Shown: one piece after another, positions 8,570-17,905 of the stretch
Layout: each line of letters begins with the position of its first letter
Numbering within the stretch: position 1 is the stretch's first letter
DNA from: a virus
Taxonomy: Duplodnaviria > Caudoviricetes
Length of the DNA stretch: 34,948 nucleotides
Strand: one strand, 5' to 3'
IMG/VR virus record: IMGVR_UViG_3300032280_000236
Span: 1 to 34,948 of that record
Program-made: the position numbers and the translations under genes
The notes under the pieces: generated by a model
What the model was told of the DNA's origin: nothing
Databases searched by the model: none
The model's input: the letters and a program-made list of their open reading frames with translations, nothing else

Positions 8570-9004
8570 TTACTCCAGTGGTCCTAATAGTTCAAAGCCA
8601 GCCATGCTTTGTTTATACAAGTGCGCTTGTTCAAGATACAGGTATTTGAACCCACGAGCCTTGTAAATAGCACACTCTGTTTTCATTGTTTCAATTCCCA
8701 ATCGCAGGCCTGGCTTGTGATAGTTCCATGCAAACTGATCGCATAAGGCATTCTCTTTGTCATAGCGTTTGATTAAACTGAATGCCACTAGATCAGTGCC
8801 GTCGTAATAGCCAATAACATCAGTTGTGGGATCTAGAAATCGTGAATCGAATATGGGCATTACACTTGCAAAACGTTTGTGTTTGCAGTAATCTCGATAG
8901 ATTGTGTTCAACAACTCTAGGTCAGGTACACGAAGGTACTGCCACTTTACCGATTCTGTGTATTCAGTCTTGTTTAAATCAATTCTGGCAAACTGATAGG
9001 TCAT
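8570..9004 (-). CDS. Single GNAT-like domain resembling the C-terminal domain of ATE1/Bpt aminoacyl-tRNA-protein transferases
   Basis: YYDGTDLVAFS...FAWNY..P.LRLG......E...YK..G.KYLYL.....YK....FELL parallels ATE_C (G.L.A...D.....S.Y..YDPD....SLG....L.EI..A...GL.Y.YLG......M.YK). Confidence 0.65.
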   Translation of the reverse strand: MTYQFARIDLNKTEYTESVKWQYLRVPDLELLNTIYRDYCKHKRFASVMPIFDSRFLDPTTDVIGYYDGTDLVAFSLIKRYDKENALCDQFAWNYHKPGLRLGIETMKTECAIYKARGFKYLYLEQAHLYKQSMAGFELLGPLE

Positions 9005-9501
9005 CTTGGGTCCTGTCTATGATGGAACAGGCCTTGCAAGTATTGTTCTGGCCAGTTATGATAAAAACCTTTGCTGGCCATCTGCTGGGCTTTGACGTTG
9101 AGATCACTTAGGCCTTGCATCAATGCAAGTGCATAGGTACCTTGATTCATTGCGACACCGTTTACAATTTCTGGATCACTAGGATGATCTTCCATGGCAA
9201 TCAGGTCTCTGGGTATGAGTGTTTCTTGATTGGCAAGTTCAATGCTGTTAGCAAACAGTTCACGTGACCACTCTGCAGGGTCGTAAGCATAGATAACAAC
9301 TTCGTATTTGTCCATGCCGTACCTGGCTCGATTCTTTAGATCGTATAGTGGATCCACTCCAATAAACACGCCATAGGTGCGTTTGAGTCTTGCACTTCGC
9401 GCAAACGGACACGGTGGGAATCCTCCTAGACTAGGATGCGGAACTTCTACAAAGTTCTCAATCCAGGATTCTATATCTTGTTTGACTTGTTCAATTTCCA
9501 T
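9001..9501 (-). CDS. Hypothetical protein, DUF1415-like (W...V......CPFA N-terminus, DHP motif)
   Basis: SWIENFVEVPHPSLGGFPPCPFAR and EDHP; overlaps both neighbours (ATGA, TAATG). Confidence 0.6.
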   Translation of the reverse strand: MEIEQVKQDIESWIENFVEVPHPSLGGFPPCPFARSARLKRTYGVFIGVDPLYDLKNRARYGMDKYEVVIYAYDPAEWSRELFANSIELANQETLIPRDLIAMEDHPSDPEIVNGVAMNQGTYALALMQGLSDLNVKAQQMASKGFYHNWPEQYLQGLFHHRQDPR

Positions 9502-9677
9502 TAGAAGAAAGGTAGTTTGGATTTTTGTGTGGTTTCAAGATTGGCCTTGATCAACTCCGCAATCATATTGCGTTCGCTAAAACTCATGTTGAGTACATCT
9601 TCGTATGTGCCGCCGCCGCGCATGTGCCAACTCATTTTTAAGCATTGGGCCTTCAAATCGTTTGCCTCCTTTTCCAT
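9501..9677 (-). CDS. gp51-like small baseplate/tail assembly ORF (58 aa from its internal ATG; probably also the -1 frameshift extension of the upstream gene)
   Basis: Not in the ORF track. MEKEANDLKAQCLKMSWHMRGGGTYEDVLNMSFSERNMIAELIKANLETTQKSKLPFF*; Y....NM...ER pattern; directly follows the gp26-like gene; frame stays open upstream through 9737. Confidence 0.75.
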   Translation of the reverse strand: MEKEANDLKAQCLKMSWHMRGGGTYEDVLNMSFSERNMIAELIKANLETTQKSKLPFF

Positions 9678-9715
9678 ACGATCAACTGTGGCAGAAATTT
9701 CTTCAGCCGATAGGT

Positions 9716-10558
9716 TTAGGAGGCTTGATCGAAAAAACTTGTTTGGTCTAAGGTTACTGTTTGTTTGTATTCGTGTTCACAAGCGGCACACTTCATCTGC
9801 ACAGGTTTAAACTCGCTGGTGTTGCGTTTTTCGATAATCAGATCTCGAATTTTGATAAACAATTTTCTATCGGTGTTGCGTAAAAATTCTTCAATGTGTG
9901 CAGGATCCGTTACCAACACCTGTGGTGTTCTGACACTGGCAATGTTCCACTTTAGAGCACTCACTGTGAGTGCAGTGATTTTTTGCAAGGCTTGATTTAG
10001 CATTTCAAGTTTTTGTTCATCGGGTAAATTGCTTTCGGGCACTGATTGCAACACACGTTGTTCTTCAAACTGTTTTAAGTTTACATCGTTTTGATCACGA
10101 TATGACATGGGTTGAAATGCTATTTCCAAGTCACCTTCTCGGAGCGGAGTCATATAGTCAGGCATCTGGAGACCATCTAGTACTATTCGTAAATCGATGG
10201 TGTATTCATCGGTGTTCTTGCACTCTGGACATTCACTGTTGATTTCCATTTCGTGACCGTAACTGGCAATTCTAATGGCCACCAGTATAGAGTTGAGATC
10301 AGTGCCCGGGGCAGACCATGCATCCTTGATATCGGGGATACAACTTTGAATCACATTGACCACAGCCGATCCGTTAAACAGCGCATCAGGTGTGCGATAT
10401 GTGATTTCGTCGATGGCAGTCATGGGTAAAACTGGCAATTCTTTGTTTGGGGGCATGCTGATAGCGCCAGCAGGCCAGAATCGGCCTTCTGAAGGCAGGC
10501 GCAAGTAAACTGACGGCTGTCTAAAATATTGTTTTAACGGGTTCGCAGATTGAGACAT
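9716..10558 (-). CDS. gp26: T4 gp26-like baseplate hub/tail assembly chaperone
   Basis: Y..LPS.G...P.T..DE, D...IL.AIRIASYG, CPEC and C-terminal CAAC...FF; SD AGGTGAT at 10561-10567. Confidence 0.8.
   Translation of the reverse strand: MSQSANPLKQYFRQPSVYLRLPSEGRFWPAGAISMPPNKELPVLPMTAIDEITYRTPDALFNGSAVVNVIQSCIPDIKDAWSAPGTDLNSILVAIRIASYGHEMEINSECPECKNTDEYTIDLRIVLDGLQMPDYMTPLREGDLEIAFQPMSYRDQNDVNLKQFEEQRVLQSVPESNLPDEQKLEMLNQALQKITALTVSALKWNIASVRTPQVLVTDPAHIEEFLRNTDRKLFIKIRDLIIEKRNTSEFKPVQMKCAACEHEYKQTVTLDQTSFFDQAS
9731..9737 (-). promoter_or_regulatory. Putative -1 ribosomal slippery heptamer T TTT TTC
   Basis: In-frame AG(T TTT TTC) four sense codons before the gp26-like stop; a -1 slip enters the 9501-ending frame. 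Confidence 0.65.
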
Positions 10559-10566
10559 ATATCACC

Positions 10567-10586
10567 TATAAATATAGTTCTACTTA
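10567..10586. promoter_or_regulatory. Face-to-face late promoters for the tape measure gene (+) and the gp26 operon (-)
   Basis: TATAAATA on + at 10567-10574; TAAGTA on - at 10581-10586. Confidence 0.6.
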
Positions 10587-10598
10587 TGGACACTAAAC

Positions 10599-13190
10599 AT
10601 GGCTGAAGCAAATACTGAATTAGACGAATTATCTCGATTGCTTAGGCAAGCCAACGAGCAAATACGCGACTATGGCAAAGTAACCAAAGAAACACAAGAA
10701 GCCATCACTGACGCACAAATGAAGGCCAAGTACGGCGTTGAAAACTTTAGCAAGGCTGCCAATACAGCAGGTGCGGCGTTAGGTGCATTAGCAGGCGCTG
10801 GTATCGAAAGCACCAAGGCCATGTACGAAGGCAAAAGAGGTGCCGCCGCCTTTAATTCTAGCCTAGACGAAATGAGCAAAGCGGTTGCGTTAGCAGGTAC
10901 GGCACTGACCTTGTTGGTGCCTGGTGGGTTCATAATAAAAGGCATAGTTGCTGGATTAACAATGGCGGCCACAGCAGCCATTGCATATACCAAAGCTGCC
11001 AATGACATGGCTGACAAACTGTATCAAGGATACAGCAAACTACAAGAATCAGGTGCGGCAGCCAGCGACGGTATGACTGGAGTATTTAATGACGCCAAGA
11101 AACTTGGCTTGAGCATGAACCAGTTGGACAGTTACGTGTCACAGGTAGCAGCCAACAGTCAAGAACTTGCATTGCTGTCAGGGTCAGTTGCACAAGGACG
11201 CAAAGAATTTGCCAAAGTAGGAGAAGCACTAGAATCCAGCAGAGTAGGCTTCTTCAAGATGGGTATTACTCAAGAGCAACAAAACGAAAGTACTCTGCGT
11301 TATATCAAGAATCAAACCTTGGCAGGTCGTGCTCAAAACATGACCTCTAAAGAACTAGCAGATGGTGCCAGAGCATTCATTTATGAACAAGACAAACTGA
11401 CCAAACTCACTGGCATGAGCGCACAAAAGCAACAGGCAACATTAGACAAGGCTAGAGAAAATGAACAGTTCAACGCAAAACTTCGAAGTCTTGAAATCAA
11501 AGGTGACGCAGAAAGTCTAGCAGCTGCAGAAAGACTAAAACAAGGTTTGCAGAAAGCCGCCGCAGCCGGCATAGAAGATTCTTTTATGGCCACAGTCAAC
11601 GGCAACCTACGCAGTGTAGAGGCACAAAAAGGCAACATCAGTACCTTTGGTGAATTGGCTCGATATACACAAGGACTGGTTGATGGTACAGTGGATGTAA
11701 ATAAAGGATTTGATAAAGTAGCAGCCGCTGGTGCTGACTATGAAAAAACAATTGGTATACAACGTAGTATGCTAGATTCGGGAGCAGACAGCCAATTTAA
11801 AACAAGTCAAATGCAGAAGTTGGCGCTGATTAATCAAGTGGGATATGATGAGGCGTCAAAGAAAATAGCCGCAGATCAACTGAAGCAACAGCAAGGCTCG
11901 GGGGATGCTGTTACTAATCAATATGGTAGTTTAATAAAGACTCAACAAGAAGTCAACAAGAAACTAGAACAAGATGTTTTCAAAGGCATACCTAATGCTC
12001 TAGCAAACATGAACAAGTTAGTTGGAGTAACAGATAAACTAGCCGATGGGTTTACTCATCTTACCAATGGTATTAACAAGTTGTTGAGAATAATTGGCCT
12101 AGGTGAAAAAGAAGACAAAGTATCTGCTAAACAAACTGAGATATCGGGGGTTGAAAAAGAATTAAAAACAGCGCAGGCCAATCAACAGATAGCAAAGACT
12201 CCTGAGCAAAAAGCCGCCGCTGATCGAGAAGTAAAATATTACAACGAAAAACTTGAACTACTCAAGAAAGAAAAAGAAAGCATATCTGAAAATGAAAAAA
12301 ATGCAGCCTTTGAAAAAGAAGTACTAAAACGTGCTGACGATGAAACAAAAATTAAAAAAGCTGCATTTGATAAAGCCTTTGCTACTGCCACTTTTAAACA
12401 AAAAATGGGTATTGGTATGGATGAAGACCAAAAAAAAGCCAAACAAGAATATATGGCCGCAGTTGGCGAAGAGCGTGAGATCAGACGATCTAGCGGGTCG
12501 GGCAGCAAACGGCAGGCTGCAATTGAGTCACTTAAAAGTTCAGGTTTTACTCCTACCAAGCCACGAGATGCAACTGCACCACAAAGTTCAAACTCGCCAC
12601 AAGGTTCAACCAGAGAGAGTCTTGAACAGCAAGGTCTCAAACTCAAACAAGGTGATGTTCAAGCCGAAGGGGCTGAACTTAGTCCCAACATAATTGAACT
12701 GGCCAAGAATATACAGGAAAATATTAAAGGATTTGGATATTTTAGTGGATTCAATGATAATTTTCATCAAGAAAAAGCATCCTCAAGTAAACATACCAAA
12801 GGTCTGGCAGCAGACTTTACATTGGATAAAAAGCCTAGCCCTGAACAAGGTCAAGACCTTGTTACCTGGTTGAACAAACAAGGTGCTAGTTTGGCTATTG
12901 ATGAATACAACAGCCCCACTGCCAAAGCCACAGGTGGGCATATCCACGTGGAAATTCCTACATTTGCTGAGGGTGGCAATTTGGAAGCAGGCAAACTGGG
13001 CATCGCTGGTGAAGCAGGTCCTGAGTTTATTGAAGGACCTGCTAGTATTACTCCGATGGGAGACATAATGGGAGTGTTCAACAACATGGCCATGATGATG
13101 GGACAACAGGTGGGTGCAATTGACGAGTTGATCAGAGTTGCCAAGAACGGTAACGACATACAAACCAAGATCCTGCGTTCACAAGCCTGA
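10599..13190 (+). CDS. Tape-measure-like protein with a C-terminal M15-type peptidase motif
   Basis: Ala/Gln/Lys-rich helical body, hydrophobic Ala/Gly segment, SKHTKGLAADF...GGHIHV, then FAEGG...AGEAGPE; next to the tail chaperone. Confidence 0.75.
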   Translation: MAEANTELDELSRLLRQANEQIRDYGKVTKETQEAITDAQMKAKYGVENFSKAANTAGAALGALAGAGIESTKAMYEGKRGAAAFNSSLDEMSKAVALAGTALTLLVPGGFIIKGIVAGLTMAATAAIAYTKAANDMADKLYQGYSKLQESGAAASDGMTGVFNDAKKLGLSMNQLDSYVSQVAANSQELALLSGSVAQGRKEFAKVGEALESSRVGFFKMGITQEQQNESTLRYIKNQTLAGRAQNMTSKELADGARAFIYEQDKLTKLTGMSAQKQQATLDKARENEQFNAKLRSLEIKGDAESLAAAERLKQGLQKAAAAGIEDSFMATVNGNLRSVEAQKGNISTFGELARYTQGLVDGTVDVNKGFDKVAAAGADYEKTIGIQRSMLDSGADSQFKTSQMQKLALINQVGYDEASKKIAADQLKQQQGSGDAVTNQYGSLIKTQQEVNKKLEQDVFKGIPNALANMNKLVGVTDKLADGFTHLTNGINKLLRIIGLGEKEDKVSAKQTEISGVEKELKTAQANQQIAKTPEQKAAADREVKYYNEKLELLKKEKESISENEKNAAFEKEVLKRADDETKIKKAAFDKAFATATFKQKMGIGMDEDQKKAKQEYMAAVGEEREIRRSSGSGSKRQAAIESLKSSGFTPTKPRDATAPQSSNSPQGSTRESLEQQGLKLKQGDVQAEGAELSPNIIELAKNIQENIKGFGYFSGFNDNFHQEKASSSKHTKGLAADFTLDKKPSPEQGQDLVTWLNKQGASLAIDEYNSPTAKATGGHIHVEIPTFAEGGNLEAGKLGIAGEAGPEFIEGPASITPMGDIMGVFNNMAMMMGQQVGAIDELIRVAKNGNDIQTKILRSQA

Positions 13191-13209
13191 TCACGGTAAA
13201 TAAACTACT

Positions 13210-14991
13210 ATGGCAGATAAACAACAAGGATGGCGCAAGTATTTCAAGGTTGCAGACAACTCTGGAGTACAAAGTCCTATATCAGGATCAAACCAATTTG
13301 GTTTACCAAATTATCCACGGAACGACGGCAACAGTAGTTCGGCTCAAGCAGACTTTGTGTTTCGCAACTATGCAAGTCGTTTGCCAGAAGTTTACTCAGG
13401 TCACCCCAACCGTGTGGAACGCTACAACCAGTATGAAAACATGGACATGGATTCAGAAGTTAATGCCTGTTTAGACATCATTGCTGAGTTCTCTACACAA
13501 CTATCAGAAACAAACGGCACACCGTTTGATGTAAAATACAACGACAAGCCCACTGATCACGAAATTGAAATTATCAAGAAGCAGATGCAACAGTGGGTCA
13601 AACTAAACAAACTAGATCAGCGCATTTTTAAACTGTTCCGCAACACCATCAAGTACGGTGACCAAGTGTTTGTGCGAGACCCAGAAACATTTGAAATGTA
13701 CTGGGTCGACATGAGCAAGATCATGCGTATTATTGTGAACGAATCAGAAGGCAAGAGACCCGAGCAGTATGTGATTCGTGACATCAACCCCAACTTCCAG
13801 AACATGACTGTGGCAGCCAAGACTACTACAGACTATATGACCAATCCTGTAACAGGCACCATATCAGGCAGTAGCAACTACACCATGCCCAATGGCGGTG
13901 CCGGTGGCGGCGTAGGCAACAGCAGATTCATGCAGGCCATGAACGAAGCCACAATTGATGCCAAGCACGTGGTGCATTGCAGTTTGAACGAAGGCTTGGA
14001 TGTATTTTGGCCTTTTGGACGCAGTATCCTAGAACAGATTTACAAGGTCTACAAACAGAAAGAACTACTGGAAGACGCTATTCTTATCTATCGTGTGAGC
14101 CGTGCGCCTGAGCGCAGAGTGTTTAAAATTGACGTGGGCAACATGCCCAGCCACTTGGCCATGCAGTTTGTGGAACGTGTAAAGAACGAAATGCATCAAC
14201 GCCGAATCCCTACCATGACAGGTGGTGGACAAAACATGATGGATTCAAGTTACAATCCACTATCAATCAACGAAGATTACTTCTTTCCCCAAGGACAAGA
14301 CGGACGTGGATCTAGTGTAGATGTACTACAAGGCGGTGCGAACCTAGGAGAAATCGACGACTTAAAGTACTTCAACAACAAGATGGCACGTGGTTTGCGT
14401 GTGCCCAGCAGTTATTTGCCCACTGGTCCAGACGATTCTGACCGTGCAATGAACGACGGAAAAGTAGGCACAGCACTGATACAAGAGTACAGATTCAACC
14501 AGTATTGTGAACGTTTACAGGCCTTGATTGCGCAAAAACTGGACGATGAATTCAAGATGTTCTTGAAGTGGCGTGGGTTTAACATAGACTCTGGCCTGTT
14601 TAGTTTAGGCTTTAATGCACCTCAAAACTTTGCAAGTTACCGTCAAAGTGAACTGGACAACACACGTATACAAGCATTTTTACAACTAGAACCCTTGCCC
14701 TACATGAGCAAACGCTTTTTGCTTGAACGCTTCTTGGGTCTAACCGAAGGCGAAATCAAAGAAAACGAAGACATGTGGCGTGAAGAGCGTGAAGATCCTG
14801 AACTCAAAGTTGCCGGCAGTGATCTACGTGCTGTGGGTATCAGTCCAGGTGCTATGCAAACAGACATTGAAACTGGCGAAGAAATTGCTCAAATGGAGCC
14901 AGCAGGTGTGGGCACACCTGAAGTTGGATCAGCACCAGCAGGTCCGGTGGTACCCGGGGGCGTGGGTGGCGCAGGTGCCCCGGCAGCATAA
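13210..14991 (+). CDS. gp20: Portal protein
   Basis: LLEDAILIYRVSRAPERRVFKIDVGNMP, EDYFFP, NLGEIDDLKYF, LRVPSSYL. Confidence 0.97.
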   Translation: MADKQQGWRKYFKVADNSGVQSPISGSNQFGLPNYPRNDGNSSSAQADFVFRNYASRLPEVYSGHPNRVERYNQYENMDMDSEVNACLDIIAEFSTQLSETNGTPFDVKYNDKPTDHEIEIIKKQMQQWVKLNKLDQRIFKLFRNTIKYGDQVFVRDPETFEMYWVDMSKIMRIIVNESEGKRPEQYVIRDINPNFQNMTVAAKTTTDYMTNPVTGTISGSSNYTMPNGGAGGGVGNSRFMQAMNEATIDAKHVVHCSLNEGLDVFWPFGRSILEQIYKVYKQKELLEDAILIYRVSRAPERRVFKIDVGNMPSHLAMQFVERVKNEMHQRRIPTMTGGGQNMMDSSYNPLSINEDYFFPQGQDGRGSSVDVLQGGANLGEIDDLKYFNNKMARGLRVPSSYLPTGPDDSDRAMNDGKVGTALIQEYRFNQYCERLQALIAQKLDDEFKMFLKWRGFNIDSGLFSLGFNAPQNFASYRQSELDNTRIQAFLQLEPLPYMSKRFLLERFLGLTEGEIKENEDMWREEREDPELKVAGSDLRAVGISPGAMQTDIETGEEIAQMEPAGVGTPEVGSAPAGPVVPGGVGGAGAPAA

Positions 14992-14999
14992 ATATTCAT

Positions 15000-15221
15000 A
15001 TGATACTACATGAATTTTGGCACAAAGATCCTGAAGCCTATCAAGATCTAGCACAAGACAACAGCCAAACACAACTGGGCGATCTGCGTAAAACGCATCT
15101 AACCTTGCGTCAGTTAAACAAACTGCGCCGGATGAATGATGTGCGCACAGTTGAATACAAGGAAAAACTCAAATTGGTGCGCCAGCAGTATGCACCTGCC
15201 CCTGAAGCACCGGCGATGTAA
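15000..15221 (+). CDS. Small hypothetical head-cluster protein (73 aa)
   Basis: Between portal and prohead core genes; TAAATA 5 nt before its ATG; basic helix RKTHLTLRQLNKLRRM. Confidence 0.7.
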   Translation: MILHEFWHKDPEAYQDLAQDNSQTQLGDLRKTHLTLRQLNKLRRMNDVRTVEYKEKLKLVRQQYAPAPEAPAM

Positions 15222-15306
15222 TTTATCGCCATTTTGGCCCCATAAACCGCTAGTTTTTCTCCTAGTGTGTAAATAACATTACACTTTAACCTATAGGAGT
15301 TTCCTT

Positions 15307-16146
15307 ATGAACAGATTTGAACAATTGATCGAATACGTGATCAATGATGAAGACGCAAAAGCTCGCGAACTTTTCCATGACATCGTTGTGGCCAAAAGCC
15401 GTGAGATTTATGAAAACTTGATGCAAGAAGAAGCCGACGAGGACCTTGACGAGGCCGCTGAGGAAGATCTTGACGAGTCCGAAGAAGAAGAAGACCTTGA
15501 TGAAGGCGCCATGGGCGGCGACGCCAGTGATGACTTGATCGACAACATCGAAGCCGATGAAGAGCAAGACATGAGCATGGAAGGCGAAGACATGGACGAT
15601 GGCGACATGGCTGATGACATGGGCGGTGACGACATGGGCAATGACATGGGCGGAGATGAACCAGCCAGCAAAGACGACATCCTCAACTTAGAAGACAAAT
15701 TGGACCAGTTGATGGCCGAATTTGAAGACCTAATGGGTGGTGACGACATGGGTGACGGCGACGGTTTTGGTCCAGAAGAAGGCGGCGACGCAATTGAAAT
15801 GGACGACACCAGCGAAATGCAACCAGGCATGATGGAAGCGATTTCATTAAAGGCTGCCCCAAAGCCAGTTACATCTGAAGAAGGTGGCGTTAATAAGAAG
15901 TCCACAGTAGCCGCTAATGCAGGTGCAAAAGGTCCAATTGGTAGAACAGTCAAGCCAGTACACGCAGGTGGCGACGGCGGCGGCAAGCATGATGCTCCGG
16001 GCGCTTACAGCAACCAATCTAAAGACTTGATCGGCGATTTCCAGAACAAAGCTGGCGCCAGCATGAAAGGTCAAAAGCCTGCTACCAAGCCACACTTGGC
16101 ACAAGCAACAGGTGTTAACACAAAGAGCCCAGTTGCTCGCAGTTAA
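15307..16146 (+). CDS. Highly acidic prohead core/internal protein (gp67/gp68 position)
   Basis: D/E/M/G-rich with repeated L-x-E-type sites (LDE, MME); AGGAG SD; lies between portal and protease. Confidence 0.7.
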   Translation: MNRFEQLIEYVINDEDAKARELFHDIVVAKSREIYENLMQEEADEDLDEAAEEDLDESEEEEDLDEGAMGGDASDDLIDNIEADEEQDMSMEGEDMDDGDMADDMGGDDMGNDMGGDEPASKDDILNLEDKLDQLMAEFEDLMGGDDMGDGDGFGPEEGGDAIEMDDTSEMQPGMMEAISLKAAPKPVTSEEGGVNKKSTVAANAGAKGPIGRTVKPVHAGGDGGGKHDAPGAYSNQSKDLIGDFQNKAGASMKGQKPATKPHLAQATGVNTKSPVARS

Positions 16147-16149
16147 TAC

Positions 16150-16785
16150 ATGAAAACACTAAGAGAACAACTTACCTTTAATCAGGCCAACATCCAGGTT
16201 CTAGAAGAATCTGGACCGGATGGTCACGGTAAAAATCTCTATTTAAAAGGCATCTGTATTGAAGGCAACAAGCGCAATGCAAATGACCGCGTCTACCCCA
16301 TGCATGAAATCAGCAAAGCAGTCAACACAATTAATGAGCAAATCAAGAGTGGTAACTCAGTGTTAGGTGAAGTGGATCATCCGGATGATTTGAAAATTAA
16401 TCTAGACCGTGTGTGTCACAGCGTTGAAGGTATGTGGATGGAAGGCGATACTGGATGTGGAAAGTTAAAGATTTTACCAACCCCAATGGGCGAGTTGATC
16501 AAGACTCTATTGACATCAGGTATAAAACTTGGAGTTTCAAGTCGTGGCAGCGGCAACGTTGACGACAGAACAGGACATGTAAGTGACTTCGAAATAGTCA
16601 CTATAGATGTAGTTGCTCAACCCAGCGCACCCAATGCATACCCTAAAGCAATATATGAAAGTCTCATGAACATGAAGTACGGACATAGACTGTTAGAGGT
16701 AGCCAAGGAAGCAGGCGAAAACAACAAAGTGCAGAAGTATCTCAAGAATGAAGTTGTAAAACTCATCAGAGAACTCAAGATCTAA
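16150..16785 (+). CDS. gp21: Prohead protease
   Basis: RNANDRVYP, GEVDHP, PTPMG, LGVSSRGSG, DVVAQPSAPNAYP. Confidence 0.95.
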   Translation: MKTLREQLTFNQANIQVLEESGPDGHGKNLYLKGICIEGNKRNANDRVYPMHEISKAVNTINEQIKSGNSVLGEVDHPDDLKINLDRVCHSVEGMWMEGDTGCGKLKILPTPMGELIKTLLTSGIKLGVSSRGSGNVDDRTGHVSDFEIVTIDVVAQPSAPNAYPKAIYESLMNMKYGHRLLEVAKEAGENNKVQKYLKNEVVKLIRELKI

Positions 16786-16798
16786 GGAGAATCTACTA

Positions 16799-17887
16799 AT
16801 GTTAGATGCAATCAAACCATTGCTAGATAGCGACCTGATCACCGAGGAAACTCGTACAGAGATCACAGAAGCTTGGGAAGCCAAGTTAAGTGAGGCTCGT
16901 GAACAGGCTCGTGCAGAACTACGTGAAGAGTTCGCACAACGCTATGAGCATGACAAGACAGTGATGGTAGAGGCTTTGGATAAAATGGTAACAGAAGGTT
17001 TGGCCGCAGAAATTGCCCAGGTAGCCGCTGAAAAGCGCAACTTGAGCGAAGACCGTGTCAAGTTCCAACACAAGATCAAAGAGTCAGCACAGAAGTTTAA
17101 CGGCTTCTTGGTGACGAAACTTGCAGAGGAAATTGGCGAATTGCGTAAAGACCGTAAGATGCACACAGAAGGACTAGCAAAACTAGAAAACTTCATGGTG
17201 CATGCATTGGCTCGTGAAATTCAAGAGTTTGCCGCAGACAAACGTGATGTAGTGGAAACAAAAGTCCGCTTGGTCCGTGAAGCCCGCGCAAAACTTGAAA
17301 CACTCAAAGTGCGTTTCGTAAAAGAATCCGCTGAGAAAATGAGTCAGGCTGTTAGCCGTCATCTAAAGACAGAACTTTCACAATTGCAAGAAGACATCAA
17401 AGTTGCTCGCGAGAACAATTTTGGTCGTCGTATCTTTGAAGCATACGCAAGTGAATTCGGTGCTACTCACCTAAATGAGAAAGCAGAAGTTCGCAAGTTG
17501 TATAGTGCATTGTCAATCCGTGACAAGCAATTGGCGGAAGCCATCCGACTCGCACAACGAGCCAAAGTCGTTGTAGAGTCAAAAGAACGTGAAATACGTA
17601 TAATCAAAGAATCCAATGAGCGCGAAAGCACCATGGAAATGTTGCTTGCACCTCTCAACCGAGAGAAGCAAGATGTTATGCGTAATTTGCTTGAAAGCGT
17701 ACAGACAACCCGTTTGAAAAACGCATTCGAAAAGTATCTGCCAGCAGTATTGGAAGACCGCTCTGTGAAAGCCTCAAAAGTGATTACAGAAAACGTTTCA
17801 GTAGCAACTGGGGATAAATCTGTTCCAAGTGGTCAGCAGGAAGATCGCAGTAATGTGATCGACTTAAAGCGCCTGGCAGGGTTATAA
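16799..17887 (+). CDS. gp22: Prohead core scaffold protein
   Basis: Long E/K/A coiled coil between protease and capsid genes; GRRIFEAYASEF. Confidence 0.85.
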   Translation: MLDAIKPLLDSDLITEETRTEITEAWEAKLSEAREQARAELREEFAQRYEHDKTVMVEALDKMVTEGLAAEIAQVAAEKRNLSEDRVKFQHKIKESAQKFNGFLVTKLAEEIGELRKDRKMHTEGLAKLENFMVHALAREIQEFAADKRDVVETKVRLVREARAKLETLKVRFVKESAEKMSQAVSRHLKTELSQLQEDIKVARENNFGRRIFEAYASEFGATHLNEKAEVRKLYSALSIRDKQLAEAIRLAQRAKVVVESKEREIRIIKESNERESTMEMLLAPLNREKQDVMRNLLESVQTTRLKNAFEKYLPAVLEDRSVKASKVITENVSVATGDKSVPSGQQEDRSNVIDLKRLAGL

Positions 17888-17905
17888 TTAAATAAGGAGA
17901 CTTAA

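Noticed and set aside
9517-9995. Plus-strand ORFs 9517-9810 and 9765-9995
   Set aside because: Antisense to the gp26/gp51-like genes, which carry the recognisable motifs.
15408-15986. 192-aa Ser-rich minus-strand ORF
   Set aside because: Antisense shadow of the Asp/Glu-rich prohead core gene.
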